This document shows, one piece after another, positions 1 to 8,378 of a stretch of DNA of 64,000 nucleotides. A program made the position numbers and the translations under genes. How positions within the stretch are numbered: position 1 is the first letter of the stretch; every line of letters begins with the position of its first letter. The stretch covers positions 246,040 to 310,039 of the forward strand of contig JADKFR010000002.1 of NCBI GenBank assembly GCA_016717345.1, given 5' to 3'. Under the pieces are notes generated by a model. It was not told the origin of the DNA and made no database searches. It worked only from the letters and a program-made list of their open reading frames with translations. The stretch is from Propionibacteriaceae bacterium (GTDB taxonomy: Bacteria > Actinomycetota > Actinomycetes > Propionibacteriales > Propionibacteriaceae).

Positions 1-113
1 GCAGGCCGGCAGCGACCAGCCCGACAACGGCGCCCTGCAGACGCCGGGAGACGGGGATGTGCGTACTCACGCTTCCAGGGTAGGTCGCCTTCGCCGAAAC
101 GACGGACCGGACA

Positions 114-893
114 TCAGGGGGTGGACTGGCCGGTCGCGGCGGCGCTGGCGACGGAAGTGGGTTCAGCGGCCGGGCTGGTGGCGGTTGCCGTTGCCGTCGG
201 CTCGACGGCCTGGGTCGCAGTGGCCGTGGGCGTGACGGTCGGCGTGGCCACCGGGGTGGAGGCTGCCGGCGTGGTGGACGTCGTCGGCGTGGCCGTGGGC
301 GTGCTCTTCGGGGTGGTCGTGGGCTTCGTCGTGGCGACGCGCTGCGTCCCTCCGATGGTGGTGCCCTTCGACCCGTCCAGCGCGTTGCCCACCGTGAGTT
401 CGTAGACGGTGATCGCGGCGAACGCCACCGCGAAGATCGCCACTGCACTGACCAGGATGCGCAGCCCGAGGCTCTTCCAATTCCGCTTGTCGGGGGGCTG
501 TTCATCGGGAGTCGGTGGCTCCACGAAGATGTCCGCCGGCAGCGTCAGGGAGTCGCCCTCCGGCGCACCCAGCGTGCCCAGCGCCCCCGGTGTCTCGGCG
601 TCACCGGATCGTTGCAGGCCGCGTTGGGCCACCGAGCGGATCCCGCGGGTGGTGTGGTCGAGCCCGGCGGTGTACAGGGTTCCCGCCACCCCGCCGACCA
701 CGCTGGCGATGGCTGCGCCGGCGATCGTGCCCGCGGTCCCCAGGCTGGAACCCACCACCGCAACGGTCACCGCGGCCAGGGCACCCCCCAGGATCTGCGG
801 CAGGGAGAACTCGACCTTCGCAGGCTCTTTCTCGTCGTCGGATTGCTTCTGGCTGTCTTGTTTCGTCTCATTCATGCATTCGCTCCGACTCAC
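114..893 (-). CDS. hypothetical membrane protein with Thr/Pro/Ala-rich C-terminal tail
   Basis: 259-aa ORF. It has an acidic N-terminus and Gly/Ala-rich hydrophobic segments (ILGGALAAVTVAVVGSS, ILVSAVAIFAVAFAAITVY). The last ~70 aa are low-complexity (TTKPTTTPKSTPTATPTTSTTPAAS...). No family recognised. Confidence 0.5.
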   Translation of the reverse strand: MSRSECMNETKQDSQKQSDDEKEPAKVEFSLPQILGGALAAVTVAVVGSSLGTAGTIAGAAIASVVGGVAGTLYTAGLDHTTRGIRSVAQRGLQRSGDAETPGALGTLGAPEGDSLTLPADIFVEPPTPDEQPPDKRNWKSLGLRILVSAVAIFAVAFAAITVYELTVGNALDGSKGTTIGGTQRVATTKPTTTPKSTPTATPTTSTTPAASTPVATPTVTPTATATQAVEPTATATATSPAAEPTSVASAAATGQSTP

Positions 894-948
894 CAGAATA
901 GCGGGCCGCTCCCGCTGCCCCCGCTGCGGGGTCCGCCCCGGACCCCGG

Positions 949-2100
949 TCAGGGCAGGACGCCGACCTGATCGGCGATCAGCCGAGCGATCTGGCGGGCG
1001 GCCTCCGGCCGGGCCATCCGACGGCTGGCCGCTGACGCTTCAGCCCGGGCGGCCGGGTCGAGAACCCAGTGACGCGCCGCCTCCACGACCTCACGGGGGC
1101 GAGGAGCCCAGACCCCGGCCTTCTCCTCGATGACGTAGGTGACGTTCCCGTCCTCCTGGCCCGGGAGCCTCGCGTACAGCACCAACGGCAGCCCGGCGAT
1201 GAACGCCTCGCTGATCGTGCCGGGCCCGGCTTTGGTGAGCAGCATGTCGGAGGCAGCCATGAAGGCCGGCATCTCGCGGGTGAACCCGTAAAGGTGTGCC
1301 GGCATCTTCCAGTCGAGCGCCTCGAGGTCTGCCTTGAGCTCGGCGTTGCGTCCGCAGATCACGACGAGCGTGGCCGGCAGCGCCGCTTCGTTGATCGCCT
1401 TCGCGACCCGTTTGACGGGGCCCATCCCGTCCCCGCCGCCGACCAGCAGGATCACCGGGAGGTCGCGCCGCCAGCCCTGGGCGTCCCGGAACGCCAGCGG
1501 GTCACCCACCGGACGGCAGAACTTGTCGGCCACCGGCAGACCGATCACGCGAAGGTTGCCCTCGGGAACCCCGAAGTGGATTCCCCGCTCCTTGGCCTGT
1601 TCGGTCGGCACCACGACCAGATCGGCGCGGCGGTCGTACCAGAAGGCGTGCGTGGTGACCATGTCGGTGACCACCGTGATGAACGGACGGGGGGACTTGC
1701 GCATCGCCCGCATCAGGTTGGTGTTGACCAGCGGGTGCACCGAGACGATGAGGTCGGCGGGATTCTCCCGGACGAGACGACCGGCGGCCCGCCGGAGGTA
1801 GGGATAGCTGAGCTGGTTCAGCATCCGGGTGCGGGTGCGGCTGTTGGACGCCTTGTAGCTGAAGCCCCAGGCCTGAGGCAACCGGGAGATGGGTGGGTAG
1901 ATCTCTGGAGCCCGGTTCAACGGACGGGGGTAGTAGTCGACCAGGAAGTCGACCATGGCGGATTCGAAGACGCCGGGAAACTCCAGGTCCAACGCCTCGA
2001 TCATGGCCTCGGTCGCGGACCGGTGGCCACCTCCGGTGTCGGAGAACAGGAACAGGATCTTCTTACGGTTCTTCCCGGTGGAAGTGACCTGGTGAGTCAT
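949..2100 (-). CDS. GT28 / MGDG-synthase-like glycosyltransferase (diacylglycerol glycosyltransferase family)
   Basis: 383 aa. The N-terminal ILFLFSDTGGGHRSATEAMIEAL resembles the MGDG_synth/MurG-like GGGH motif. The C-terminal half (LLTKAGPGTISEA...GQEDGN) is typical of GT28 C-domains. Confidence 0.8.
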   Translation of the reverse strand: MTHQVTSTGKNRKKILFLFSDTGGGHRSATEAMIEALDLEFPGVFESAMVDFLVDYYPRPLNRAPEIYPPISRLPQAWGFSYKASNSRTRTRMLNQLSYPYLRRAAGRLVRENPADLIVSVHPLVNTNLMRAMRKSPRPFITVVTDMVTTHAFWYDRRADLVVVPTEQAKERGIHFGVPEGNLRVIGLPVADKFCRPVGDPLAFRDAQGWRRDLPVILLVGGGDGMGPVKRVAKAINEAALPATLVVICGRNAELKADLEALDWKMPAHLYGFTREMPAFMAASDMLLTKAGPGTISEAFIAGLPLVLYARLPGQEDGNVTYVIEEKAGVWAPRPREVVEAARHWVLDPAARAEASAASRRMARPEAARQIARLIADQVGVLP

Positions 2101-2164
2101 CGAGATCCTCGGTCGGCGCTGGTCGGTTGAGACAGCATGGCACAGGCGGGGCCGGATCGTCGGC

Positions 2165-3190
2165 TCAGCCGAGCAGGGCGAGCAGAGCCTCCGGTTTGCG
2201 CCGGAAGGTCTCCACGCTCTGGCGGCCCGCGCTGAGCGCCTCCAGGGTGGTGGTCAGGACCGTGTTCACCGGGGTCGGCACCCCGTGCGCGGCGCCCAGG
2301 CGGGCGACCGCGCCGTTGAGGAAACGCACTTCAGTCTGGCCGCGTCCCGAATGCAGGTCGATGTGGAAGGACGGCATCTTGTCGCCGCGTCCGCTGCCCA
2401 GCGCCCTGGTCAGCGCTGGTTGGGCGATGAAACGCGGCAACCGCTGGGCGGCGAAGGCCAGGGCGCGCACCGGGGTCCCGGGCAGGTCGACCGGACGGTA
2501 GCCCAGGGCGCGCATCACCGCCAGGCATTCACGCAGCACGGCGACCTCGACCTCGTACAGCCGCCGATCAGCGAACAAGGCACCGACCGGAAGGTCGAGG
2601 ATCGCCGAGGTGGCGTTGCCGGTCAGATTGGTGAGCAGCTTCGACCACTTCATGGGCCCGGGGTGGGGGTAGCCGCGGGCCACCAGGTGGGCATCGTTGA
2701 GGGCTGTGACAAGGCGCGGCGCGAGCGGGTGATTCAGCGCGATGCCGATCCCGCGGAGCTTCTCTTCGGTGACTTCACCGACCCCCGGCTTGCCGACAGC
2801 GGTGGTGACCGTGCCCGTGATCACGTTGGCCGCGCCCAGTTTGGCGGCGATGGTGGGCTCGTTGTCGACCCCGTTCTGCAGCGACAGGATCGGCGGCACC
2901 GGGGCGCCGGTCGCGATCAGCTGGTCGAGGGCGGAGGCGGTGTCGAACGACTTCAGCGCGAAGACGCCCAGGTCGTAGGGGCCGGCGGCCAGCGCTTCGG
3001 CAGCCGAGGTGAACAGCTCGAACTCGCGGACGGTCGTCGTGGCGCCACCGCGGTGGAGCCGCAGGCCCTGGGTGGTGATCACGGCGGCCGCGGCCGGCTG
3101 CTCGATGAAGGTCACCCGATGCCCGGCGGCAGCCAGCGAGCCACCCACGTAGGTACCGATCGCCCCGGCACCGAGGAACAGGAACTGCAT
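2165..3190 (-). CDS. ketopantoate reductase family oxidoreductase (PanE/ApbA-like)
   Basis: 341 aa. It has an N-terminal Rossmann motif (MQFLFLGAGAIGTYVGGSLAAAGHRV), and its length and layout are typical of 2-dehydropantoate 2-reductase family proteins. Confidence 0.75.
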   Translation of the reverse strand: MQFLFLGAGAIGTYVGGSLAAAGHRVTFIEQPAAAAVITTQGLRLHRGGATTTVREFELFTSAAEALAAGPYDLGVFALKSFDTASALDQLIATGAPVPPILSLQNGVDNEPTIAAKLGAANVITGTVTTAVGKPGVGEVTEEKLRGIGIALNHPLAPRLVTALNDAHLVARGYPHPGPMKWSKLLTNLTGNATSAILDLPVGALFADRRLYEVEVAVLRECLAVMRALGYRPVDLPGTPVRALAFAAQRLPRFIAQPALTRALGSGRGDKMPSFHIDLHSGRGQTEVRFLNGAVARLGAAHGVPTPVNTVLTTTLEALSAGRQSVETFRRKPEALLALLG

Positions 3191-3279
3191 GGCGATCCGC
3201 CTTTCGTTGACCTGCAGCGAAGCCTAACGGGGGTGCTGGACTCACGCGGCCGACAACGGTTCCAGAACCGACTTTGCTG

Positions 3280-3301
3280 CCGGTCAAGGTCCCTTGACCG
3301 G
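3280..3301. other. near-perfect inverted repeat / hairpin CCGGTCAAGG-TC-CCTTGACCGG
   Basis: Read directly from the sequence. The two 10-nt arms are exact reverse complements. The hairpin lies between the panE-like start and the IS256 remnant. Confidence 0.6.
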
Positions 3302-3349
3302 CGTAGCGGCTGATCCTTCGATCGGGGTTGGTTGGGAGGATCGGGGAGT

Positions 3350-4094
3350 TCACGTGCTCGGCGCTGCCCTCGCCTTCAGGCTGCCGCGCCGCTTCCGCTC
3401 CACGGCGCCCTGCGGGCGCCTGTGGGGAGGATCCGAGGGTCGAGGACCGGCTGGGAGCTTCCCGGCCAGCGTGTCGAGCATCTTGTCGTACTGGGCGTGG
3501 ACGGCCGTGGCATCAGGCTGGTCGTACACCGAGTGCAGCAGGGCCTTCACCGCTCCCCAGTCGCTCTGGGGGCACACCGCCATCAGCTCGGCCGCGTCAT
3601 GGGTACGGCATCGTTGCCACCTGGCGCCGCGCAGGTTCGCCGCGATCGCTTCCACCAGGCCGGCGTGCGCATCGCTGGTGACCAGCATCACCCCTTGCAG
3701 GCCGCGGGCGACCAAGTCAGCGAAGAACGTGTTCCACGCCTGTTTCGTCTCACGTGGCGACCTTGATCCTCAGTACTTCGCGGTGGCCGTCGGCCGGCCA
3801 CAAACGTGAACGGGCCCGCCTCGGCCAGTGGCCGGGTCCGGAACGCGGTCACCTGGGCATCCAGGTCGGCGGCCATCAGGGAGACCTGCGACTTCGACAA
3901 GCTGGTGATCCCCAGGGTTTGCACGAGCTTGTCCTCGACACCCCCAACAGATAGCAGGTCGCGACCACGCTGATCGACGCGGCCTCGGCCCGCTTCCGGC
4001 GCTCCAGCAGCCAGTCGGGGAAGTAGGTGCCCAACGGAGCTTCGGGATCGCCACGTCGAGGGTCCCGACCCCACAGGTTCCCTCGAAGGATCAC
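3350..4094 (-). pseudogene. IS256-family (mutator-type) transposase remnant, frameshifted and internally deleted
   Basis: Consecutive pieces sit in three minus-strand frames:
- IPKLR...
- YFPDWLLERRKRAEAASISVVATCYLLGVS
- KLVQTLGITSLSKSQVSLMAADLDAQVTAFRTRPLAEAGPFTF
- after a gap, VARGLQGVMLVTSDAHAGLVEAIAANLRGARWQRCRTHDAAELMAV...SVYDQPDA

Both termini are missing. Confidence 0.8.
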
Positions 4095-4196
4095 GCGGTG
4101 GCCGCGCCTACGTCCGCAAGGAATGCCGGGAGACGATCACACGAACCGCGTTGCACCCCTAAGGACGCAAGTCAGGTCGCCCAGCGACGCAGCGTT

Positions 4197-4320
4197 GACC
4201 AACTGCTCGGGAATGACCAACTGCTCGGGAATGACCACCAACGCCGATGACCACCAACGCCGATGACCACCAACGCCGATGACCACCAACGCCGATGACC
4301 ACCAACGCCGATGACCAACG
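4197..4320. repeat. compound tandem repeat: 18-bp GACCAACTGCTCGGGAAT x2, then 16-bp GACCACCAACGCCGAT x5, plus a partial copy
   Basis: Read directly. The 18-bp units are at 4197-4214 and 4215-4232. The five 16-bp units run 4233-4312, followed by a partial GACCAACG. The copies are perfect and the 16-bp unit length is not a multiple of 3. Confidence 0.95.
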
Positions 4321-4334
4321 ACGGCGCTGGCCAA

Positions 4335-5705
4335 CTACGCAGCGATGACCAGTCGCCTGAAAGCCAACTCGAATCGTGAGGGCTTCTTCTCAGCGTTCCT
4401 CCCGGACTGAACCGGTGCCCGACTTCGATACCGGTGTCCGGTCGGCGTCTCGAGAAGGACGGTCTGCGCGCCCTCTGGCTCGGGCCTGGCGAGCCAGCCC
4501 GGCGCCTGCTTGGCATGATTGCAGGCCTCACACAGGCCCTGGCCGTTGGCGAAACTGGTCGCTCCGCCGCTCTCGTGCGGCTCGATGTGGTCCACGTGGC
4601 GGATCGGCGCGTCACACCAGGGAGTCCGGCAGGTCTGGTCACGCAACGTGATGAGGGTGCTCAGGTTCGTCGGGAAACACCGGGAGCGGGAGTCCAGCGC
4701 CACCAGGTCACCGGTGCGGGGCCGCTGGTACAGGCGGCGCACCCAGCCCGCCACTTCGGGCGAGGCGCCGACCAGGTTCCGGGCAACACCGGCGGGGATC
4801 GGACCGTAACCCGCCAGATGCGCAGGGGCCGAATCGGCGGCGAGCAGGGTCAGATCGGACATCACCAGGTGGACACCCACGCCCACGGCCTCGGCGGTCG
4901 CCTGGCCCGTGAGCCGTTCGACAAGGGTGTCGGCCATCAACTGGCCGCCTCCCCGCCCGTCCCCCGCTGAACGGGCAGAATCAGCGGCGACGCGCAGGGC
5001 TGCGTAGGCGGCAACCCCTTGAGCCACTGGCAGGAGAGCCGTCAACCAGGTCATGGTGTCCGGCGCTGGCCGCAGCGAGACGTAGCGGTCGCTGACCGCC
5101 TGGGCAGACCGGCGCACCACGCTGTGGGGGTCCAACTGGTAGGCGGCCTGCCGGCACTCGGCCACCAGCCGGCGACTACCGAGATCCTCGACGCGGGAGG
5201 CACCGCCGCAGACCCGGGCGTCCACGGCAGCCCGGTCTTCCACGCTCAAGCAGGCCGTTTCGCGGACCACCAGCATCGCGCGGTACTCCGACAATCGCCC
5301 CGAGCGCAGGGCCGCCCACGTCCAGGGCAACTCACGGACCAGCGCCTTCGCCATGCCGAGCAGCCGACCGCCGGCGTGGGGTGACTCACGGCGAGCCAGG
5401 GCAACCTGCGCCGCCACCCCCCGACCCAGCTGATCGTGGGGAACCCCCTGCGACGCTTGAATCGCCCGCTGCGAGTGGTCGAACGCCACCGCAACCTCGG
5501 CCTGAACCGCGGCGATGGTGGCCTTCATTTCCTCCAGCGCACGCAGGACGGCGATGCGTTCGGCATCGACTTCGGGCCGGGCAGCCGAACGCACGCTGCG
5601 GCTCAGGCCAGCAAGCATGCGCGCCGACAGAGTGGGTACCGCCTGTCCACTCTGTCCGGATTCGCTCACGTGTTCGATTATATACTCCGGAGGGGGTTCT
5701 GACAA
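4335..5705 (-). CDS. DUF222 / HNH endonuclease (REP13E12-like family)
   Basis: 456-aa ORF. The C-terminus carries the HNH signature CRTPWCDAPIRHVDHIEPHESGGATSFANGQGLCEACNHAKQ, and the N-terminal 300 aa are typical of DUF222. The start is uncertain: TTG at 5705, or GTG at 5669, which lies 7 nt after a minus-strand TATAAT (5682-5677) and would give a leaderless mRNA. Confidence 0.85.
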   Translation of the reverse strand: MSEPPPEYIIEHVSESGQSGQAVPTLSARMLAGLSRSVRSAARPEVDAERIAVLRALEEMKATIAAVQAEVAVAFDHSQRAIQASQGVPHDQLGRGVAAQVALARRESPHAGGRLLGMAKALVRELPWTWAALRSGRLSEYRAMLVVRETACLSVEDRAAVDARVCGGASRVEDLGSRRLVAECRQAAYQLDPHSVVRRSAQAVSDRYVSLRPAPDTMTWLTALLPVAQGVAAYAALRVAADSARSAGDGRGGGQLMADTLVERLTGQATAEAVGVGVHLVMSDLTLLAADSAPAHLAGYGPIPAGVARNLVGASPEVAGWVRRLYQRPRTGDLVALDSRSRCFPTNLSTLITLRDQTCRTPWCDAPIRHVDHIEPHESGGATSFANGQGLCEACNHAKQAPGWLARPEPEGAQTVLLETPTGHRYRSRAPVQSGRNAEKKPSRFELAFRRLVIAA

Positions 5706-5721
5706 GCAGTTCTGACAAGCA
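5696..5721. repeat. 13-bp tandem duplication GTTCTGACAAGCA x2
   Basis: Read directly. The duplication overlaps the most upstream candidate start (TTG) of the HNH ORF. Confidence 0.9.
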
Positions 5722-5749
5722 GTCGAGTTGACTCACCCAAGACCTCCGC

Positions 5750-6436
5750 GTGGAGCTTGTCGTTGCCTCACATAGGAATCTCCGCCTGCCCGATCTTCGG
5801 CTGAAGTTGACGTTGTGCCAGCGCAGGGTCGTCGCGGTGAAGAAGGCATTGGCTTACAAGGGAGCGGACCGGGCGGGGAAGTCGCTGATCTTGGACGAGT
5901 TGGTCGCGTCGACGGGCTGGGATCGTGACTATGCGCGGGCCGCCCTGCGGGAGGCGTTGGTCGTCAACCGGTCCGGCCTCGCGAGCCGCGGCCGCAGGTC
6001 TACGGCGATGATCTACTGCCAGCCCTGACGCGGTGTTGGACGTTGTTGCGGGCGCCGACGGGGAAGATCCTGGCCACGAGGTGGGGTGAACCGGTCCCTG
6101 CCGAACCGGTCCCTGCCGAACCGGTCCCTGCCGAACCGGTCCTCGCCGAACCGGGCCCGCCGGTGGGTGATCGAGGCGATCGACCACGCCTGGGGGGAGT
6201 TCCCTCTCCCGATCGCCGGCATCGACTCCGACAACGGGTCGGAGTTCATCAACCACCACTTCCTGCACGACTGCGAGACCCGCAAGATCACCTTAAGGCT
6301 CGGCCTCCGCAATCAGATCCGGGCCCTCGACGACGCGTTCGCGCACTACCCCTGCCCAGCAACGACCAGTTCATCCGGAGGGATTGACGTGAGGCGTCAC
6401 GGCAGTCGACGAGACTCCCGTGAAGTCCCCACGTAG
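5750..6436 (+). pseudogene. decayed DDE (rve/integrase-core type) transposase
   Basis: The N-terminal piece is KKALAYKGADRAGKSLILDELVASTGWDRDYARAALREAL, followed by a stop. A second frame resumes with RVIEAIDHAWGEFPLPIAGIDSDNGSEFINHHFLHDCETRKITL (the DxxG-SEF core). The central and C-terminal regions are missing. Confidence 0.65.
6088..6161. repeat. 15-bp tandem repeat GAACCGGTCCCTGCC x3 plus two degenerate copies
   Basis: Read directly. Units lie at 6088-6102, 6103-6117 and 6118-6132. These are followed by GAACCGGTCCTCGCC and GAACCGGGCCCGCC. The array sits at the internal deletion junction of the transposase remnant. Confidence 0.95.
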
Positions 6437-6523
6437 CGCGCGGTCGACCACCAAGCCAGGCAGCCTGCTGCGAACTCGATCAGTGTGCGCAAGACCTGCC
6501 CCACCGGGGCCGCCGCGACTCCC

Positions 6524-8362
6524 TCAGCCCACGATCTCGAAGCGCCGCAGGCTCTTGCGGCCCGCCCGCGAGCCCTGCAACGCCAGCAGTTCGGCGTAGA
6601 TGCCGCCCGTGGTCGCCAGCTCCGCCGGCGTCCCGATCTCGTCCACCCGGCCATCGGCGAGCGTGACGATCCGGTCCACCCCGGCGATGGTGGCCAGGCG
6701 GTGGGCGATGATGAGCGTCGTCCGATCGGACATCAACTCATCCAAACCCTCTTGGACGAGCCGTTCGGCCTTGGAGTCGAGTGAGCTGGTCGCCTCATCG
6801 AGCACCAGGATCGGGGCGTCCTTCAGCAGCGCCCGAGCGATCGCGATGCGTTGCTTCTGGCCGCCGGAGAGTTTCACCCCCCGTTCACCGATCTCGGCGT
6901 CGTAGCCGCCGGGCAGGCCGATGATGAAGCCGTGCGCGTGAGCGCGCCGCGCCGCGTCGATGATCTCGGCTTCGCCGGCGTCGGGACGGCCGTAGGCCAG
7001 GTTCTCCCGGATCGTGCCCGAGAACAGCGACGGGTCCTGGAATACGATCCCCACCAGGGAACGCAGCGACTCCACCGGCAGGTCGGCGATGTCGCGTCCG
7101 TCCACCAGCAGCGTGCCCGCGCGCAGCGGGTAGAGGCCGAGCAGCAGGCTGGTCAGGGTGGTCTTGCCACCGCCGCTCTCCCCCACCAGCGCCACCCGCT
7201 CGCCCCGGGCGACAGTGAAGGACACCTCCCGCAACACGTCCTCACCGGTCCCGTACCCGAAGCTGGCCTGCCGGAACTCCAGCAGGGGCTGTCCGGCCTG
7301 GGCTCGGACGGCCGCCTGGGCCGGCACGGTCGCCTGCGCCGGCACGGCAGCCTGCCCTGGGACGGACCCCCCGGCGTCTGCCGGCGGGGACGGCTCTTCG
7401 ACCTCGTCCATCACCGCCAGGTAGTCGGTGGAACCGGTGATGGCCCGCTGCGCCGAATCCACCAGGTAGCTCATCATCGTGACGGGCGCCCGGGCCATCG
7501 TCACCAGCTGGATCAGCAGCACCATCACGCCGATGGTGAAGGCGCCCTGCACCGTGGTGGTGAAGATGATGACGTAGATCCCGAAGAAGATGACGTTGAG
7601 CGCGATCCCGCGCAGCACGTCCATGCGGTGCCAGAACGCCGACTGGACCCGCGTGATCGCCACCGTGGTGTCGTACTGCCCCGTGAAGTGATCCAGTTCG
7701 CGCTGCTGGGAGCCGAAGCTCTTGACCACCCGGATCTGGCCGACGACCTCGGCGAAACGTCCCCCGGCGATGTCGAACGCGGTGTTCTTCTGGCCCTCCA
7801 GCACCTGCCACCGACGACTGGTCAGCATCGTCAACCAGGTGAACACCGGGTAGATGGCGACCAGCAGCAGGGCCAACCAGGGTGAGTAGCTCGCGATGAT
7901 CACCAGGGCGGCGCCCACGGTGATCAGCAGCGGCAGGAAGTTGTTGGCGAACGAGTTGAGGAACGTGGTGGTCTCGGTGATCGAGCGCTGCAGCCGCGAA
8001 ATGATCGTGCCGGTGAGCTGGTTGTCGAAGTAGTCCTGCGGCAACCGGAGCAGCTTCTCGAAATAGCGCCGCGACAGGATCGAGCGCAGCCGCACCGCCA
8101 TCAGGTCTCCGGCATAGCCACCCAGGTTGCCGATCACCGTGTGGGCGATGTCGAGGCCGAGCAGCCCCACCGCCAGCCAGACCACGGTCGTCACGCTGCC
8201 GCCGGTGCCGGTGAGCGCGGCCACCACCTCGTCGGTGGCCGCCTTGATGACGAACGGGACGCCGAGACCGGTGGCCGCGTTCAGCACCGCCCCCGTGACC
8301 ACCGCCACATAGAGCGGCCACAGCTGCGAAGCGAGCGCCAGGATGCGGCTCAGGGAACGCAC
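6524..8362 (-). CDS. ABC exporter, fused permease/ATPase (MsbA-like type I half-transporter)
   Basis: 612 aa. The N-terminal half forms a 6-TM domain. The C-terminal NBD carries Walker A GESGGGKTT, the signature LSGGQKQRIAIARALL and Walker B ILVLDEATSSLD. Confidence 0.9.
   Translation of the reverse strand: MRSLSRILALASQLWPLYVAVVTGAVLNAATGLGVPFVIKAATDEVVAALTGTGGSVTTVVWLAVGLLGLDIAHTVIGNLGGYAGDLMAVRLRSILSRRYFEKLLRLPQDYFDNQLTGTIISRLQRSITETTTFLNSFANNFLPLLITVGAALVIIASYSPWLALLLVAIYPVFTWLTMLTSRRWQVLEGQKNTAFDIAGGRFAEVVGQIRVVKSFGSQQRELDHFTGQYDTTVAITRVQSAFWHRMDVLRGIALNVIFFGIYVIIFTTTVQGAFTIGVMVLLIQLVTMARAPVTMMSYLVDSAQRAITGSTDYLAVMDEVEEPSPPADAGGSVPGQAAVPAQATVPAQAAVRAQAGQPLLEFRQASFGYGTGEDVLREVSFTVARGERVALVGESGGGKTTLTSLLLGLYPLRAGTLLVDGRDIADLPVESLRSLVGIVFQDPSLFSGTIRENLAYGRPDAGEAEIIDAARRAHAHGFIIGLPGGYDAEIGERGVKLSGGQKQRIAIARALLKDAPILVLDEATSSLDSKAERLVQEGLDELMSDRTTLIIAHRLATIAGVDRIVTLADGRVDEIGTPAELATTGGIYAELLALQGSRAGRKSLRRFEIVG
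7295..7366. repeat. in-frame 18-bp tandem repeat (4 units) in the TMD-NBD linker of the ABC exporter
   Basis: The units are ggcctgggctcggacggc / cgcctgggccggcacggt / cgcctgcgccggcacggc / agcctgccctgggacgga. They encode VPGQAAVPAQATVPAQAAVRAQAGQ on the minus strand. Confidence 0.8.
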
Positions 8363-8378
8363 GTCAGGCTGCCTTCGG

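Noticed and set aside
1-72. Possible 5' end of a minus-strand gene (GTG at 70: VSTHIPVSRRLQGAVVGLVAAGL...)
   Set aside because: Only 23 codons are visible and no family is assignable. The putative RBS is too close to the start to judge.
4197-4312. Possible CRISPR array
   Set aside because: The repeats are only 16-18 bp long and directly abut each other with no spacers. There are no cas genes in the window.
4149-5775. Direct repeats flanking the HNH gene (CGTTGCACCCCTAAGGA near 4150 versus CGTTGCCTCACATAGGA near 5760) as possible element ends
   Set aside because: Only about 11 of 17 positions match, with no extended similarity beyond them. This is compatible with chance.
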